DNA from: a virus | Length of the DNA stretch: 64,000 nucleotides | Direction: 5' to 3' (one strand) | Virus record (IMG/VR): IMGVR_UViG_3300030099_006395 | Coordinates: 32,001 to 96,000 of that record | Part shown: one piece after another, positions 9,357 through 19,627 of the stretch | Numbering within the stretch: position 1 is the stretch's first letter | How the letters are laid out: each line of letters begins with the position of its first letter | Made by a program: the position numbers and the translations under genes | The notes under the pieces: model-generated | The model's database searches: none | What the model was told of the DNA's origin: nothing | The model's input: only the letters and a program-made list of their open reading frames with translations

Positions 9357-11372
9357 ATGGATTATAAGAGATTTTCACTGTCAGATAATTTTATAGATGG
9401 TTACAAAAGAAAAAAACCCCCTTTCGGATTCAATGGATTAGGGGAACTTGTCTATATGAGAACTTATTCTCGTATAAAAGAAGACGGAAAAAACGAAATG
9501 TGGTGGGAAACTTGTCAACGAGTAGTTGAAGGTACTTACAACATGCAAAAAAAATGGATAGAATCACACCATTTAGGGTGGAATGCGTGGCAAGCTCAAA
9601 GGTCAGCTCAAGAAATGTACGACCGAATGTTTAATATGAAGTTTTTGCCACCTGGCCGAGGTCTATGGGCTATGGGAACACCAATCACAGAAGAACGAGG
9701 TTTATACGCCGCCCTTAACAATTGTGCATTTGTATCAACTGATAATCTCAAAGAGGATTTATCAAAACCATTCTGTTTCTTAATGGATGCTTCAATGGTT
9801 GGAGTTGGTGTAGGATTTGATACAAAGGGTGCAGAACAATTCGTAGTCAGAGGTCCTAAAACAGATAGAGAAACAGAAACATATGTAATACCTGATACAA
9901 GAGAAGGTTGGGTAGAATCTGTAAGACGATTATTAGATTCATACTTTCTTGGTATAACAGGTGTTAATTTTGATTATTCTAAAATTAGACCAGAGGGTGC
10001 ACCAATCAAAGGTTTTGGTGGTGTATCGAGTGGATACAAACCATTAGAAGAAGTACACAAATCTGTATCAGAATGTTTAGATAAAAACATAGGTTCACCA
10101 ATATCAATAACCACAATCGTAGACATAATGAATTTGATTGGTAAATGTGTTGTAGCAGGTAATGTTAGAAGAACTGCTGAAATAGTGTTTGGTGATCCTG
10201 AATCAGAAGAATATATTAATTTAAAAAATTATAAAAAGAACCCTCATAGAGAAATGTATGGTTGGACATCTAACAATTCAGTATTTGCTGAGTTAGGACA
10301 AGACTATACAGATATAGCAGAAAGAATTATAGACAATGGAGAACCAGGACTTGCGTGGTTAGATAATATGAAACACTATTCAAGAATGAAGAATGGTGGT
10401 GATGATAAAGACCATAGAGTTGCAGGTGGTAATCCTTGTCTTGAACAATCATTGGAATCATATGAATTATGTTGTTTGGTAGAAACATTTCCACATAATC
10501 ATAAAGATTTAGATGATTATTTAACAACATTAAAATACGCATATCTATATGCAAAAACTGTTACACTTGGAAAAACACATTGGCCTGAAACCAATCGTGT
10601 AATGTTGAGAAACAGAAGGATAGGTTGTAGTGTGAGTGGTATTGCACAATTCATTACACATAGAGGACAAGGTGAATTGAGAAATTGGTTGGAATCAGGT
10701 TATGATAAACTACAAGAGTATGATAAAAACTATTCAGATTGGTTTGCAGTACCTCGTAGTATAAAAACTACATCAGTAAAACCAAGTGGTACAGTTTCAT
10801 TGTTGGCTGGCTCTACACCAGGTCTACATTATCCAGAAAGTAGGTTCTATATCAGAAGAATTAGGTTATCGGTGAACTCACCATTAATCAAACCTTTAGA
10901 AAAAGCTGGTTATAAAATTGAACCTGCATTTGGTAGTGAAGATTCAACAGTAGTAATCGAAGTACCTGTAGATGTAGGTGAAGGAATCAGAACAGTGAGT
11001 GAAGTTCCAATGTGGGAACAAATGGCATTAGCAGCATTTATGCAAAGGTATTGGGCGGATAATCAAGTAAGTTGTACGGTTACATTTGACCCTGAAAAAG
11101 AAGGTCCTATGATAGCGACAGCACTTAACTATTTTCAATATCAGTTAAAAGGTATCTCATTCTTACCTAAATTAGAATTAGGTGCTTATAAACAAATGCC
11201 ATATGAAGAAATATCTGAAAAAAAATATAACGAAATGGTAAAGAAATTAAGTTTCTTATCATTCAGACAGGTAAAAGGTAATGAAGCTGAGATTGATAAA
11301 TTCTGTAATAATGACACTTGTGAAATTGATTTGGAAGCAATTAAAGAAACTCAAGAAATGGAGAACGCATAA
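9357..11372 (+). CDS. nrdJ: Class II (adenosylcobalamin-dependent) ribonucleotide reductase, monomeric RTPR type
   Basis: RTYSR, PPGRGLW, LNNC, GNVRRTA, NPCLE, TSVKPSGTVS, C-terminal FCNNDTCE. Confidence 0.93.
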   Translation: MDYKRFSLSDNFIDGYKRKKPPFGFNGLGELVYMRTYSRIKEDGKNEMWWETCQRVVEGTYNMQKKWIESHHLGWNAWQAQRSAQEMYDRMFNMKFLPPGRGLWAMGTPITEERGLYAALNNCAFVSTDNLKEDLSKPFCFLMDASMVGVGVGFDTKGAEQFVVRGPKTDRETETYVIPDTREGWVESVRRLLDSYFLGITGVNFDYSKIRPEGAPIKGFGGVSSGYKPLEEVHKSVSECLDKNIGSPISITTIVDIMNLIGKCVVAGNVRRTAEIVFGDPESEEYINLKNYKKNPHREMYGWTSNNSVFAELGQDYTDIAERIIDNGEPGLAWLDNMKHYSRMKNGGDDKDHRVAGGNPCLEQSLESYELCCLVETFPHNHKDLDDYLTTLKYAYLYAKTVTLGKTHWPETNRVMLRNRRIGCSVSGIAQFITHRGQGELRNWLESGYDKLQEYDKNYSDWFAVPRSIKTTSVKPSGTVSLLAGSTPGLHYPESRFYIRRIRLSVNSPLIKPLEKAGYKIEPAFGSEDSTVVIEVPVDVGEGIRTVSEVPMWEQMALAAFMQRYWADNQVSCTVTFDPEKEGPMIATALNYFQYQLKGISFLPKLELGAYKQMPYEEISEKKYNEMVKKLSFLSFRQVKGNEAEIDKFCNNDTCEIDLEAIKETQEMENA

Positions 11373-11577
11373 TCCATTTACCAAACATCCGAAACAAAAT
11401 GCGGATGAAACTTGGTGGGAACATTTAAAGTTTGCAACTCATATTGGGTTTAGATTATTTTTTACATCATTTTATTTTATAATACATGGTGTACTTCCAT
11501 TTATTAAAATACCGAAATGGATTAACATTTCTGCTACGGCAGAATATTTATTAAAAGAGAATAGGAAAAGAAAATAA
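11281..11577 (+). CDS. Small membrane-associated hypothetical protein
   Basis: NPFTKHP...ETWWEHL.FA...IIHG.LPF; start uncertain because it overlaps nrdJ. Confidence 0.5.
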   Translation: MKLRLINSVIMTLVKLIWKQLKKLKKWRTHNPFTKHPKQNADETWWEHLKFATHIGFRLFFTSFYFIIHGVLPFIKIPKWINISATAEYLLKENRKRK

Positions 11578-12074
11578 TGAAAATAGATTGGAAGAAATCA
11601 GTAATAATATTAAGTGGTGGGTTCGACCCAATACACAAAGGACATATGAGAATGTTCAGAGAAGCTAGTAATTTAGGACATCAAGTAATCGTAGGATTAA
11701 ATTCAGACGAATGGTTAACAAGAAAAAAAGGTAAACCATTTATGGAGTTCTACGAAAGAAAAGAAATACTTGAAGGTATAAAATATATTAGTTCAGTTGT
11801 AAAGTTTGATGATTCTGATGATACTGCTAATTCACTAATTACTCAAGTTAGAACTACATATAATGGTGGAATGTTTAATCACGACTTTGAAGATAAAAAC
11901 CCAACAGGTAGAAATGATTATAGGATATATTTCGCTAATGGTGGAGATAGAGGTAAAGGTAACACACCTGAAATGGACACTTGTAGAAAACTCGATGTAA
12001 CAATGTTATGGGGAATAGGTGGTGGTAAAATTCAATCATCATCATGGTTAATTAATGGAGGAAAAAATGAGTAG
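11577..12074 (+). CDS. HIGH-family cytidylyl/adenylyltransferase
   Basis: SGGFDPIHKGH, VGLNSD, FANGGDR, KIQSSS. Confidence 0.9.
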   Translation: MKIDWKKSVIILSGGFDPIHKGHMRMFREASNLGHQVIVGLNSDEWLTRKKGKPFMEFYERKEILEGIKYISSVVKFDDSDDTANSLITQVRTTYNGGMFNHDFEDKNPTGRNDYRIYFANGGDRGKGNTPEMDTCRKLDVTMLWGIGGGKIQSSSWLINGGKNE

Positions 12075-12199
12075 AGGAACACCTGAACAATATTTACAGA
12101 TGTTTTTGTCTGAACAAATTATGCCAAATGAATGGTATAGGATATTAAAAGAAAGACCTGATGTAAATAAATTATATCAAAAATACCTGGAGAAAAGAA

Positions 12200-13537
12200 A
12201 TGTGGAACATAAAACTAATTAAAAATATATTTAAAGTATTTTGTTTACTTGGATTAATACTATTATTTTGTAATAGTTGTCAAGATTCAAATCCAATGAC
12301 AATGGAAGAACCTTGTTGTGTGAATCCTCCTGATTTAGATTTAAGGTCTGAAGAACAACATACGGTGATGCCTGGTGAACTACCACAACCAATGATTGTC
12401 GGTGGTGAGGAAGTAAACCCAGCTTGTCCTAATTGTAAATATGATTTCATGGTTTCATTACAAACAGATGGTTGGTTTGGTGGACACTTTTGTGGTGGTT
12501 CATTGGTTAGAGAAGATTGGGTTGTGACAGCTGCTCATTGTGTTCAAGGTACTTCACCAAATAGTATTGAAGTGGTTATCGGATTACATAATGTAAACGG
12601 AACTACAGGACAACAAACAAGAAATGTATCGGAAATAATCATACATCCACAATATAGTGGTAACTCTTTAAATAACGATTATGCTCTGTTGAGATTATCA
12701 TCACCAATCACAGATTTTGAACCGATTAAATTATGTACAGATACTGCACACGATGAAGAACCTGTAATGTCAACAACAATGGGTTGGGGAGCAATATATA
12801 GTGGTGGTCCTTCATCAAGTGTATTACTTGAAGTAGATGTACCCATTGATGATTCTTGTGGTAACTATTCTAATTCAGATATAACAAACAATATGGTATG
12901 TGCTGGTGATGGAAATGGTGGTGAAGATTCTTGTCAAGGAGATAGTGGAGGCCCTTTGATTATGACAAACTCTGATGGTGAGTATGAGTTAATCGGAATA
13001 GTAAGTTGGGGTTATGGTTGTGCTGAAGCTCAGTATCCGGGTGTGTACTCTAAAATTCATAGTAGATTAAATTGGTTCTTTAGTTACATTGGAGAACCTG
13101 AAGAAGATTTTGTAGTAGATTTATATGGTGATGTTAACTTTGATAATTCATTGGATATAACAGATGTTATATTATTGATTAACTTTGTTTTAGGACAAAC
13201 ACCAACAGAAGAGGAATCATTAACTGCTGATATGAATCAAGATGGTATTGTAAATATACTTGATGTGATATTGTTAGTTAATGAAATATTAGGAACAACA
13301 TTTAGTCAATCTGTACAATGGTTGGAAGAAAACTTTCCATCATTAAAAACAAAAGAAAGATTAAGTAAATTAGATAAATCACAATTTTTTGCAAAAAGAA
13401 ACAATTGTATTCAATTACAAAAAGAATTTGATATCTTACTAAAAGAATATGAAGAATTAGAAACAAGATATAGATTACTACAGAAATTAGATTTAGATAA
13501 ACAAAAAATTATAAAAAAATTATCGGAGGAAAAATGA
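12200..13537 (+). CDS. Secreted/lipoprotein trypsin-like (S1) serine protease with C-terminal dockerin-like domain
   Basis: Hydrophobic signal, IVGG, TAAHC, NDYALL, GDSGGPL triad motifs; paired GDVNFDNSLDITD / ADMNQDGIVNILD Ca-binding repeats. Confidence 0.9.
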   Translation: MWNIKLIKNIFKVFCLLGLILLFCNSCQDSNPMTMEEPCCVNPPDLDLRSEEQHTVMPGELPQPMIVGGEEVNPACPNCKYDFMVSLQTDGWFGGHFCGGSLVREDWVVTAAHCVQGTSPNSIEVVIGLHNVNGTTGQQTRNVSEIIIHPQYSGNSLNNDYALLRLSSPITDFEPIKLCTDTAHDEEPVMSTTMGWGAIYSGGPSSSVLLEVDVPIDDSCGNYSNSDITNNMVCAGDGNGGEDSCQGDSGGPLIMTNSDGEYELIGIVSWGYGCAEAQYPGVYSKIHSRLNWFFSYIGEPEEDFVVDLYGDVNFDNSLDITDVILLINFVLGQTPTEEESLTADMNQDGIVNILDVILLVNEILGTTFSQSVQWLEENFPSLKTKERLSKLDKSQFFAKRNNCIQLQKEFDILLKEYEELETRYRLLQKLDLDKQKIIKKLSEEK

Positions 13538-13923
13538 TGGGGAAAAAAATGGATAAACATATTTACTCAGCAAAACTTCAAAGAGTCGTAGATGGTGACA
13601 CTTGTGATGCTCTAATTGACTTGGGTTTTGATACTTGGGTTAAGAAAAGAATTAGATTTTATGGAGTGGATACTTGGGAATCAAGGACACGGAACAAAGA
13701 AGAAAAGGTAAAAGGATTAGCTGCAAAAGCATATACAAAAGATTTATTAGAAAATTCAGACGAGGGTAAGTTCTTATTAAAATCTCACGGAGTTGGGAAA
13801 TATGGACGGGTCCTCGGTGAACTATTTGTAAAAGGTCACGAACAATCAGTAAATGAATTGTTGAAAGAAAACGGACATGCTAGTGCTTACTATGGTGGAA
13901 AGAAAAAAGTGTTCGGAGGATAA
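13534..13923 (+). CDS. Thermonuclease (SNase-like)
   Basis: RVVDGDT, RIRFYGVDT.E, GKYGRVLG. Confidence 0.9.
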   Translation: MMGKKMDKHIYSAKLQRVVDGDTCDALIDLGFDTWVKKRIRFYGVDTWESRTRNKEEKVKGLAAKAYTKDLLENSDEGKFLLKSHGVGKYGRVLGELFVKGHEQSVNELLKENGHASAYYGGKKKVFGG

Positions 13924-14322
13924 ATGAAAATAGGTTTTACTTGTAGTTGTTTTGATTTATTACACGCTGGACATATATTGATGTTAAAAGATGCTAAATC
14001 ACAATGTGATAAATTAATAGTTGGATTACAAACAGACCCAACATTAGACAGGCCAGAAAAAAACAAACCAATCCAAACATTAAAAGAACGTAAGATACAA
14101 CTTGAAGCTGTAAAATATGTAGATGATATATTTGTATATGATACGGAGGAAGAGTTGTATCATTTGTTAAAATTAATAAATCCTGATATAAGAATATTAG
14201 GTTCTGATTATGAAGATGGTAGATATTATACCGGAGTGGAGTTAAATATTCCAATATATTTTCATAAAAGAAATCATAATTATTCCTCAACAAATTTACG
14301 AAAAAAAGCTTGTTTAAAATAA
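13924..14322 (+). CDS. Glycerol-3-phosphate cytidylyltransferase-like (TagD family)
   Basis: FDLLHAGH, VGLQTDP, GSDY, SSTNLR. Confidence 0.88.
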   Translation: MKIGFTCSCFDLLHAGHILMLKDAKSQCDKLIVGLQTDPTLDRPEKNKPIQTLKERKIQLEAVKYVDDIFVYDTEEELYHLLKLINPDIRILGSDYEDGRYYTGVELNIPIYFHKRNHNYSSTNLRKKACLK

Positions 14323-14338
14323 ATAAAGGTTGTATATT
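14310..14338 (+). promoter_or_regulatory. Promoter directly ahead of the polymerase start (likely leaderless mRNA)
   Basis: TTGTTT-N17-TATATT-CTAGT-ATG; no SD. Confidence 0.5.
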
Positions 14339-14343
14339 CTAGT

Positions 14344-16857
14344 ATGTATCAAAATATATATGTAAAGCGCACAAAAACATCAAGTGAAGTTCATCTTTGG
14401 GATGACAAAACTGGTTATACAAAATTTCAGTATAAACCATATGCTTATCTAAAATCACCGAGTGGAACATATCGTTCTTTGTATGGTGACAAACTCAAGA
14501 AAGTAAACTTTTGGACACAAGAAGACTTGCAAGAGGGTAGAGTATTTGAATCAGATGTACCAATTGAAACTCGTGTATTAGTTGATATGTATGGAGACTC
14601 GGATGAGGTTTCGGAAGGACATCGTGAGGTTTATTTTGATATTGAGGTTGAAGTAAAAGATGGTTTTCCAGATCCCAAACGAGCTGATAATAAGATAACT
14701 GCTATTGCATTGTATGATAAATCAACAGACAAATATCATTGTTATGTTTTGGGTAATGTTCCAAATACAGATGTGGTTGAATCCTTTCAATCAGAAGAAG
14801 AATTACTACAAAGGTTTTATCAGAAATATCTTGAAATCAATCCAACGATATTAAGTGGTTGGAACATTGATGGTTTTGATATCCCTTATCTATATAACAG
14901 AACAACACGAGTTTTAGGTGAACAATTTGCAAATGCTCTTTCGCCGATTGGTGAGGTATTTTATTCTGAAAATAAAAATCAATATAAGATAGCAGGTGTG
15001 TCTTGTCTTGATTACATGAGACTATATAAGTGGTTCACATATACACAACAATCATCATATAGATTGGATTTCATAGGACAATTAGAAGTTGGTATTGGTA
15101 AGATTGAATATGAGGGAACATTACAAGATTTATACGAAACGGATATTGAAAAGTATATTGAATATAACTTAAACGATGTTAAGATTGTAAAGGCGTTAGA
15201 TGATAAACTAAAGTTTATTGATTTGGCTCGTGGTTTAGGACATCTTGGACATATTCCATATGAAGAAAACTTTTTCAGTAGTAGATATTGTGAAGGTGCT
15301 ATGTTGGTTTATATGAAAAAGATTGGTGTAGTTGCACCAAATAAACAACATAGATCTTATCAGAGGTCTGATGAAGACAGATTTGCAGGTGCTTATGTCA
15401 AAGACCCTAAACCAGGTAGATACGAATGGGTGTTTGATTTAGATTTAACTTCTATGTATCCTTCAGTTATCATGTCATTGAATATATCACCTGAAACCAA
15501 GATGGGTAAATTAGTTGGTTGGAACGCTGAAGAGTTTGTAAAGGGTACACCAAAAACTTATACTCTTATGGTTGGTGATAAAGAAAAAGGTAGATATAAT
15601 CAAGATGAATTAAAACAAATGTTTGACAATAATAAAGTTTCCATATCTTCAAATGGCATAATGTATCGTTATGATAAAAAAGGTTTAGTTCCTGTGTTAT
15701 TAGAAAAGTGGTTTAACGAAAGAGTTGAATACAAAAAACTAATGAAGAAATATGGTGACGAAGGTGTTACAGAAAAGTATGAATATTTCAAGAGAAGACA
15801 ACATGTACAGAAAATTATTCTAAACTCATTGTATGGTGTGTTGGGATTACCTGTGTTTAGATTCTATGATGTGGACAACGCTGAGGCCACTACATTGACA
15901 GGCCAAGAGTTAATCAAGTTTACAGAGAAGATTGCTAATAGTTATTACAATAAACAATTGGGTGATACAAAAGATTATTGTATCTACACCGACACCGATT
16001 CAGTATTTTATCCTTCCATTCCATTGATTCAGAAAGATTATCCAGATGCAGACTTATCTGATGATAAGTTTATGACGGAAAAGATATTAGAAAAAGCTGG
16101 TGTTGTTCAAGATTTTATAAATGATTCGTATAATCTTTTTGCTGAAAGATTGTTGAATGTAAAAGGTGGTCACAGATTTGATATCAAACAAGAGTGTGTG
16201 GCTAAATCGGCATTTTGGGTTACGAAGAAAAGATATGGACAATGGATTATTAACGATGGTGGTGTGGTTTGTGATAAACTTGATGTTAAAGGTTTGGACA
16301 TTGTGAGAAGTAACTTTCCTGTGGCAATGAGAAAGTTAATGACAGAAGTTCTTCAAGATATATTGTCAAATGAAGACAAAGAATTAATTGACGATAAGAT
16401 AATTTCATTTAAAAAAGAAATGAAAACTTTACCATTAGAAGATATAGCTTTACCAACTGGTGTTAAGAATTTAGGTAAGTTTGCTGACAAAAGAAAAGTT
16501 GGTAAGTTATATGGTAAGGGTAGTATAATGACACCAATGCACAAAGGTACACCTGTGCATGTGAAAGCTGCTTGGATTTATAATGATTTATTAAAGCATT
16601 ATGGTTTGAATAATGTTGAACAAATTAAAAATAGTGAAAAGATTAAGTGGGTTTATCTTAAAGACAATCCTTTAAGTATATCACAGATTGCTTTCAAAGG
16701 TTATGATGACCCAAAAGAAATTATGGATTATATTAATCAGTATGTAAATCATAGTAAATTGTTTGAGAAAGCCTTGAAGAAAAAAATAGATATGTTTTAT
16801 GATTCAATGGGTTGGACATTAGTTGACAAAAAAAATACATTAGAAAGATTTTTTTAA
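14344..16857 (+). CDS. Family B DNA polymerase (T4 gp43-like)
   Basis: FDIE, GWNIDGFD, YNLND exonuclease motifs; DLTSMYPS, KIILNSLYG, YTDTDS; C-terminal TLERFF clamp-binding-like peptide. Confidence 0.97.
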   Translation: MYQNIYVKRTKTSSEVHLWDDKTGYTKFQYKPYAYLKSPSGTYRSLYGDKLKKVNFWTQEDLQEGRVFESDVPIETRVLVDMYGDSDEVSEGHREVYFDIEVEVKDGFPDPKRADNKITAIALYDKSTDKYHCYVLGNVPNTDVVESFQSEEELLQRFYQKYLEINPTILSGWNIDGFDIPYLYNRTTRVLGEQFANALSPIGEVFYSENKNQYKIAGVSCLDYMRLYKWFTYTQQSSYRLDFIGQLEVGIGKIEYEGTLQDLYETDIEKYIEYNLNDVKIVKALDDKLKFIDLARGLGHLGHIPYEENFFSSRYCEGAMLVYMKKIGVVAPNKQHRSYQRSDEDRFAGAYVKDPKPGRYEWVFDLDLTSMYPSVIMSLNISPETKMGKLVGWNAEEFVKGTPKTYTLMVGDKEKGRYNQDELKQMFDNNKVSISSNGIMYRYDKKGLVPVLLEKWFNERVEYKKLMKKYGDEGVTEKYEYFKRRQHVQKIILNSLYGVLGLPVFRFYDVDNAEATTLTGQELIKFTEKIANSYYNKQLGDTKDYCIYTDTDSVFYPSIPLIQKDYPDADLSDDKFMTEKILEKAGVVQDFINDSYNLFAERLLNVKGGHRFDIKQECVAKSAFWVTKKRYGQWIINDGGVVCDKLDVKGLDIVRSNFPVAMRKLMTEVLQDILSNEDKELIDDKIISFKKEMKTLPLEDIALPTGVKNLGKFADKRKVGKLYGKGSIMTPMHKGTPVHVKAAWIYNDLLKHYGLNNVEQIKNSEKIKWVYLKDNPLSISQIAFKGYDDPKEIMDYINQYVNHSKLFEKALKKKIDMFYDSMGWTLVDKKNTLERFF

Positions 16858-16860
16858 ACG

Positions 16861-16890
16861 TTGACTTATATTATAAAAAATTTGTATATT
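16861..16890 (+). promoter_or_regulatory. Sigma70-like promoter for clamp/clamp-loader genes
   Basis: AAACG-TTGACT-N18-TATATT. Confidence 0.7.
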
Positions 16891-16922
16891 AATAAAAATA
16901 ATAGTTATAGGAGAAATGTAAG

Positions 16923-17642
16923 ATGCAAAAAAGTAAGTTAGATAGATTCATTCAAAAATACAACTTGGGTGGAAATGTCAATTCAGTAAAGTGGAAATCA
17001 AATGGTTCATCTTTGTCAACTTCATTTGTTACACCAGACAAATCTTTATTAGGTAATGTCAAAGTTGACAATTTTAAATTTGAAGACGCTGAACTTGGTG
17101 TATATCAAACCGACCAATTAAAAAGTTTGATAAATGTGTTGGGTGAAGATGTATCTTTAAATTTATTAAAAGTGGGTGACAAAGCAGTATCACTAAATGT
17201 TAAAAATGGAAGTGTTTCTATTGATTATGTATTAAGTGATTTATCTGTAATAGCAGACCCACCAGCCTTAAAAAGACTTCCGGAGTTTGGAACACGTATT
17301 AAACTTGATGGTAGTTTTATTAATAGTTTTATAAAAGGTAAATCTGCTTTAAGTGATATTGATTCATTTGCAGTTGTAAATGGAAAAAATGGTTGTGAGG
17401 TTATAATTGGATACGCTTCAACAAATACTAACAGAGTTAATATACCTGTTGATTGTACAGAGTGTGACATTACAAGTCCAATCATATTCAACGCTAATTT
17501 GTTTAAAGAAATGTTGATGGCTAACAAAGAATGTACATCTGCAATTCTTGAAGTTTCTACCGAAGGTTTAGCCAAAGTAAACTTTAAAGTTGATGATTAT
17601 GATTCGGAATATTTTATTGTAGCAATGCAGGATGTTGATTAA
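16923..17642 (+). CDS. Sliding clamp (gp45/PCNA-like)
   Basis: 239 aa, beta-rich, lies between polymerase and clamp loader. Confidence 0.75.
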   Translation: MQKSKLDRFIQKYNLGGNVNSVKWKSNGSSLSTSFVTPDKSLLGNVKVDNFKFEDAELGVYQTDQLKSLINVLGEDVSLNLLKVGDKAVSLNVKNGSVSIDYVLSDLSVIADPPALKRLPEFGTRIKLDGSFINSFIKGKSALSDIDSFAVVNGKNGCEVIIGYASTNTNRVNIPVDCTECDITSPIIFNANLFKEMLMANKECTSAILEVSTEGLAKVNFKVDDYDSEYFIVAMQDVD

Positions 17643-18547
17643 TGAGTCATAGTTTATGGGTAGAAAAATATCGTCCTAAAGACTTATCAACTTACATTGG
17701 TAACGAGCATCTTAAAAATAAGGTAAAGGTATATCTTGAGTCAGAAGATGTACCACACCTTCTCCTTTATGGAAAGGCTGGTACTGGTAAGACAACATTG
17801 GCTAAGATTATTACATCTAATATAGATTGTGATTACATGTACATAAATGCTTCTGATGAGAATAGTGTTGATGCTGTTAGGTTCAAGATAAGGTCTTTTG
17901 CAGCTTCTGTTGGTTTCAAAGATTTGAAGGTTATCATACTCGATGAGGCTGATTATCTTACACCAAATGCACAGGCTGCATTGAGAAACCTAATGGAAAC
18001 ATTTTCAAAACATTGTCGATTCATTCTAACTTGTAATTATGTAGAGAGAATAATCGACCCAATCCAATCAAGATGTCAATCATATAAAGTTATACCACCT
18101 TCAAAGAAAGATATAGCCCAACATGTTGTAAAAATATTAGAGACGGAACAATGTTCTTTTGATTTAAAAGATGTAGCTATGGTAGTAAACGCTGGTTATC
18201 CTGATATTCGTAGAGTTATTAATTCTGTACAACGGCAAATAGTTGATAATACTTTAAAAATCGATACAAGTTCAATAATACAAAACAATTACAAAATACA
18301 GTTATTACAAATGTTATCGGATGGTAGTAAATTAAACGATATAAGAAAGTTGATAGCTGATAATTCTATAAGTGATTATTCTGAATTATATAGATTGTTG
18401 TATGATGAGGTAGAAACTTATAGTAATGGTAAAGTGGCAGAGTGTATCTTAAATATTGCAGAAGCTCAGTATCAAGATGTTAATGTGGTAGATAAAGAAA
18501 TTAATTTTATGTCATTAATAATAAGAATAACAAGGATAATTAAATGA
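17642..18547 (+). CDS. Clamp loader large subunit (gp44/RFC-like AAA+)
   Basis: LWVEKYRP, GKAGTGKTT, INASDE, ILDEAD, IQSRC. Confidence 0.95.
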   Translation: MSHSLWVEKYRPKDLSTYIGNEHLKNKVKVYLESEDVPHLLLYGKAGTGKTTLAKIITSNIDCDYMYINASDENSVDAVRFKIRSFAASVGFKDLKVIILDEADYLTPNAQAALRNLMETFSKHCRFILTCNYVERIIDPIQSRCQSYKVIPPSKKDIAQHVVKILETEQCSFDLKDVAMVVNAGYPDIRRVINSVQRQIVDNTLKIDTSSIIQNNYKIQLLQMLSDGSKLNDIRKLIADNSISDYSELYRLLYDEVETYSNGKVAECILNIAEAQYQDVNVVDKEINFMSLIIRITRIIK

Positions 18548-18798
18548 GAACATTTTTAGTAGAAAATACCCGAAAGGGAACAACGGTAAAAGTAACTTTA
18601 CATAATCCACCTTATGAAAATGAAAATGTATTAGCTTTTACAGGTTATAGTGAAAAAGATTGTGTCATAACGGATTTATCAGAAAATAATACAATAGATT
18701 TAAATGATTATAATTCTATAGATAATGAACATGATGAAAGAGAAAATAGTTTAATGGGAGCTAAAGCCCCTAAAAAAACGAAAGGTAAAAAGAAATGA
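18544..18798 (+). CDS. Hypothetical protein
   Basis: ORF tightly packed with neighbours. Confidence 0.5.
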   Translation: MRTFLVENTRKGTTVKVTLHNPPYENENVLAFTGYSEKDCVITDLSENNTIDLNDYNSIDNEHDERENSLMGAKAPKKTKGKKK

Positions 18799-19031
18799 TA
18801 ACACCAGGAAAAGATGGTCAAATGCAACAACAAATTGACATAAGTAAAACATCAGAGATTAAATGTGAAGCTTGTGGGGGTTTGACATTCAAACAATCAT
18901 TGATGTTGAGAAAATTATCAGCATTAGTATCACCAAGTGGACAAGAAACTTTGATACCTGTACAAGTATTTGCATGTGAAAAATGTGAGCATGTAAATAA
19001 AGAATTTTCTGATATAGCCGGTATTCAATAA
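18795..19031 (+). CDS. Zinc-ribbon protein
   Basis: CEACG...FACEKCEH. Confidence 0.7.
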   Translation: MITPGKDGQMQQQIDISKTSEIKCEACGGLTFKQSLMLRKLSALVSPSGQETLIPVQVFACEKCEHVNKEFSDIAGIQ

Positions 19032-19205
19032 ATGCCATTCTACACATATAAATGTCCATCATGTGATAAAGAAAAAGAAGTATTACAGAAAATGAATGAC
19101 AAACCGCCATTATGTGATGGTGTAAAGATGAAAAGAATATTTAAACCAAATGCAAAACCAGGTTCTAAAGATGGTTCTTGGGGTTTTGGGGGGAAAAAGA
19201 GATGA
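19032..19205 (+). CDS. FmdB-like zinc-ribbon protein (not in ORF track)
   Basis: MPFYTYKCPSC...PPLCDG..MKRIF. Confidence 0.7.
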   Translation: MPFYTYKCPSCDKEKEVLQKMNDKPPLCDGVKMKRIFKPNAKPGSKDGSWGFGGKKR

Positions 19206-19627
19206 CAATTATAGATTGGATGAACCAGTTATTGGTTCATAAAAAATCATGGGATTCTTTTTCAGAAAATGAACAAAAATCTTTTAATACATTTATAATC
19301 AATCGCTGGTTATCAATGGATAAAGAGTTTATAGAAATTGTGAATTACTTTCAAAAATATTCTATTGGAACATTAGAGTCAAGAGAGGTTTACAAGTGGT
19401 ATTGTGACATACTTCCTAAAGGTAAAAGATTCAATAAGTATATTAAAGGTAAAAAAAGCACTAAATATGAAAAAGAATTAGTTGACATATTAATTAAATA
19501 TTTTGAATGTAGTAAGTTACAGGTAAAAGATTATTTAGAATTAATTTCTGAAATAGAATTAGTTCAAATATTAGAAAGTTATGGAAAAGACAAAAAGACA
19601 ATTAAGAGGTTATGTAAATGGAAATAA
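19202..19627 (+). CDS. Clamp loader small subunit (gp62-like)
   Basis: FIINRWLSM, YIKGKK motifs; near gp44-like gene; ATG 19202 overlaps upstream stop. Confidence 0.7.
   Translation: MTIIDWMNQLLVHKKSWDSFSENEQKSFNTFIINRWLSMDKEFIEIVNYFQKYSIGTLESREVYKWYCDILPKGKRFNKYIKGKKSTKYEKELVDILIKYFECSKLQVKDYLELISEIELVQILESYGKDKKTIKRLCKWK

Noticed and set aside
4443-16857. Inteins or group I introns in recA, helicase, nrdJ or polymerase
   Set aside because: All are continuous ORFs of ordinary length with no evident splice motifs
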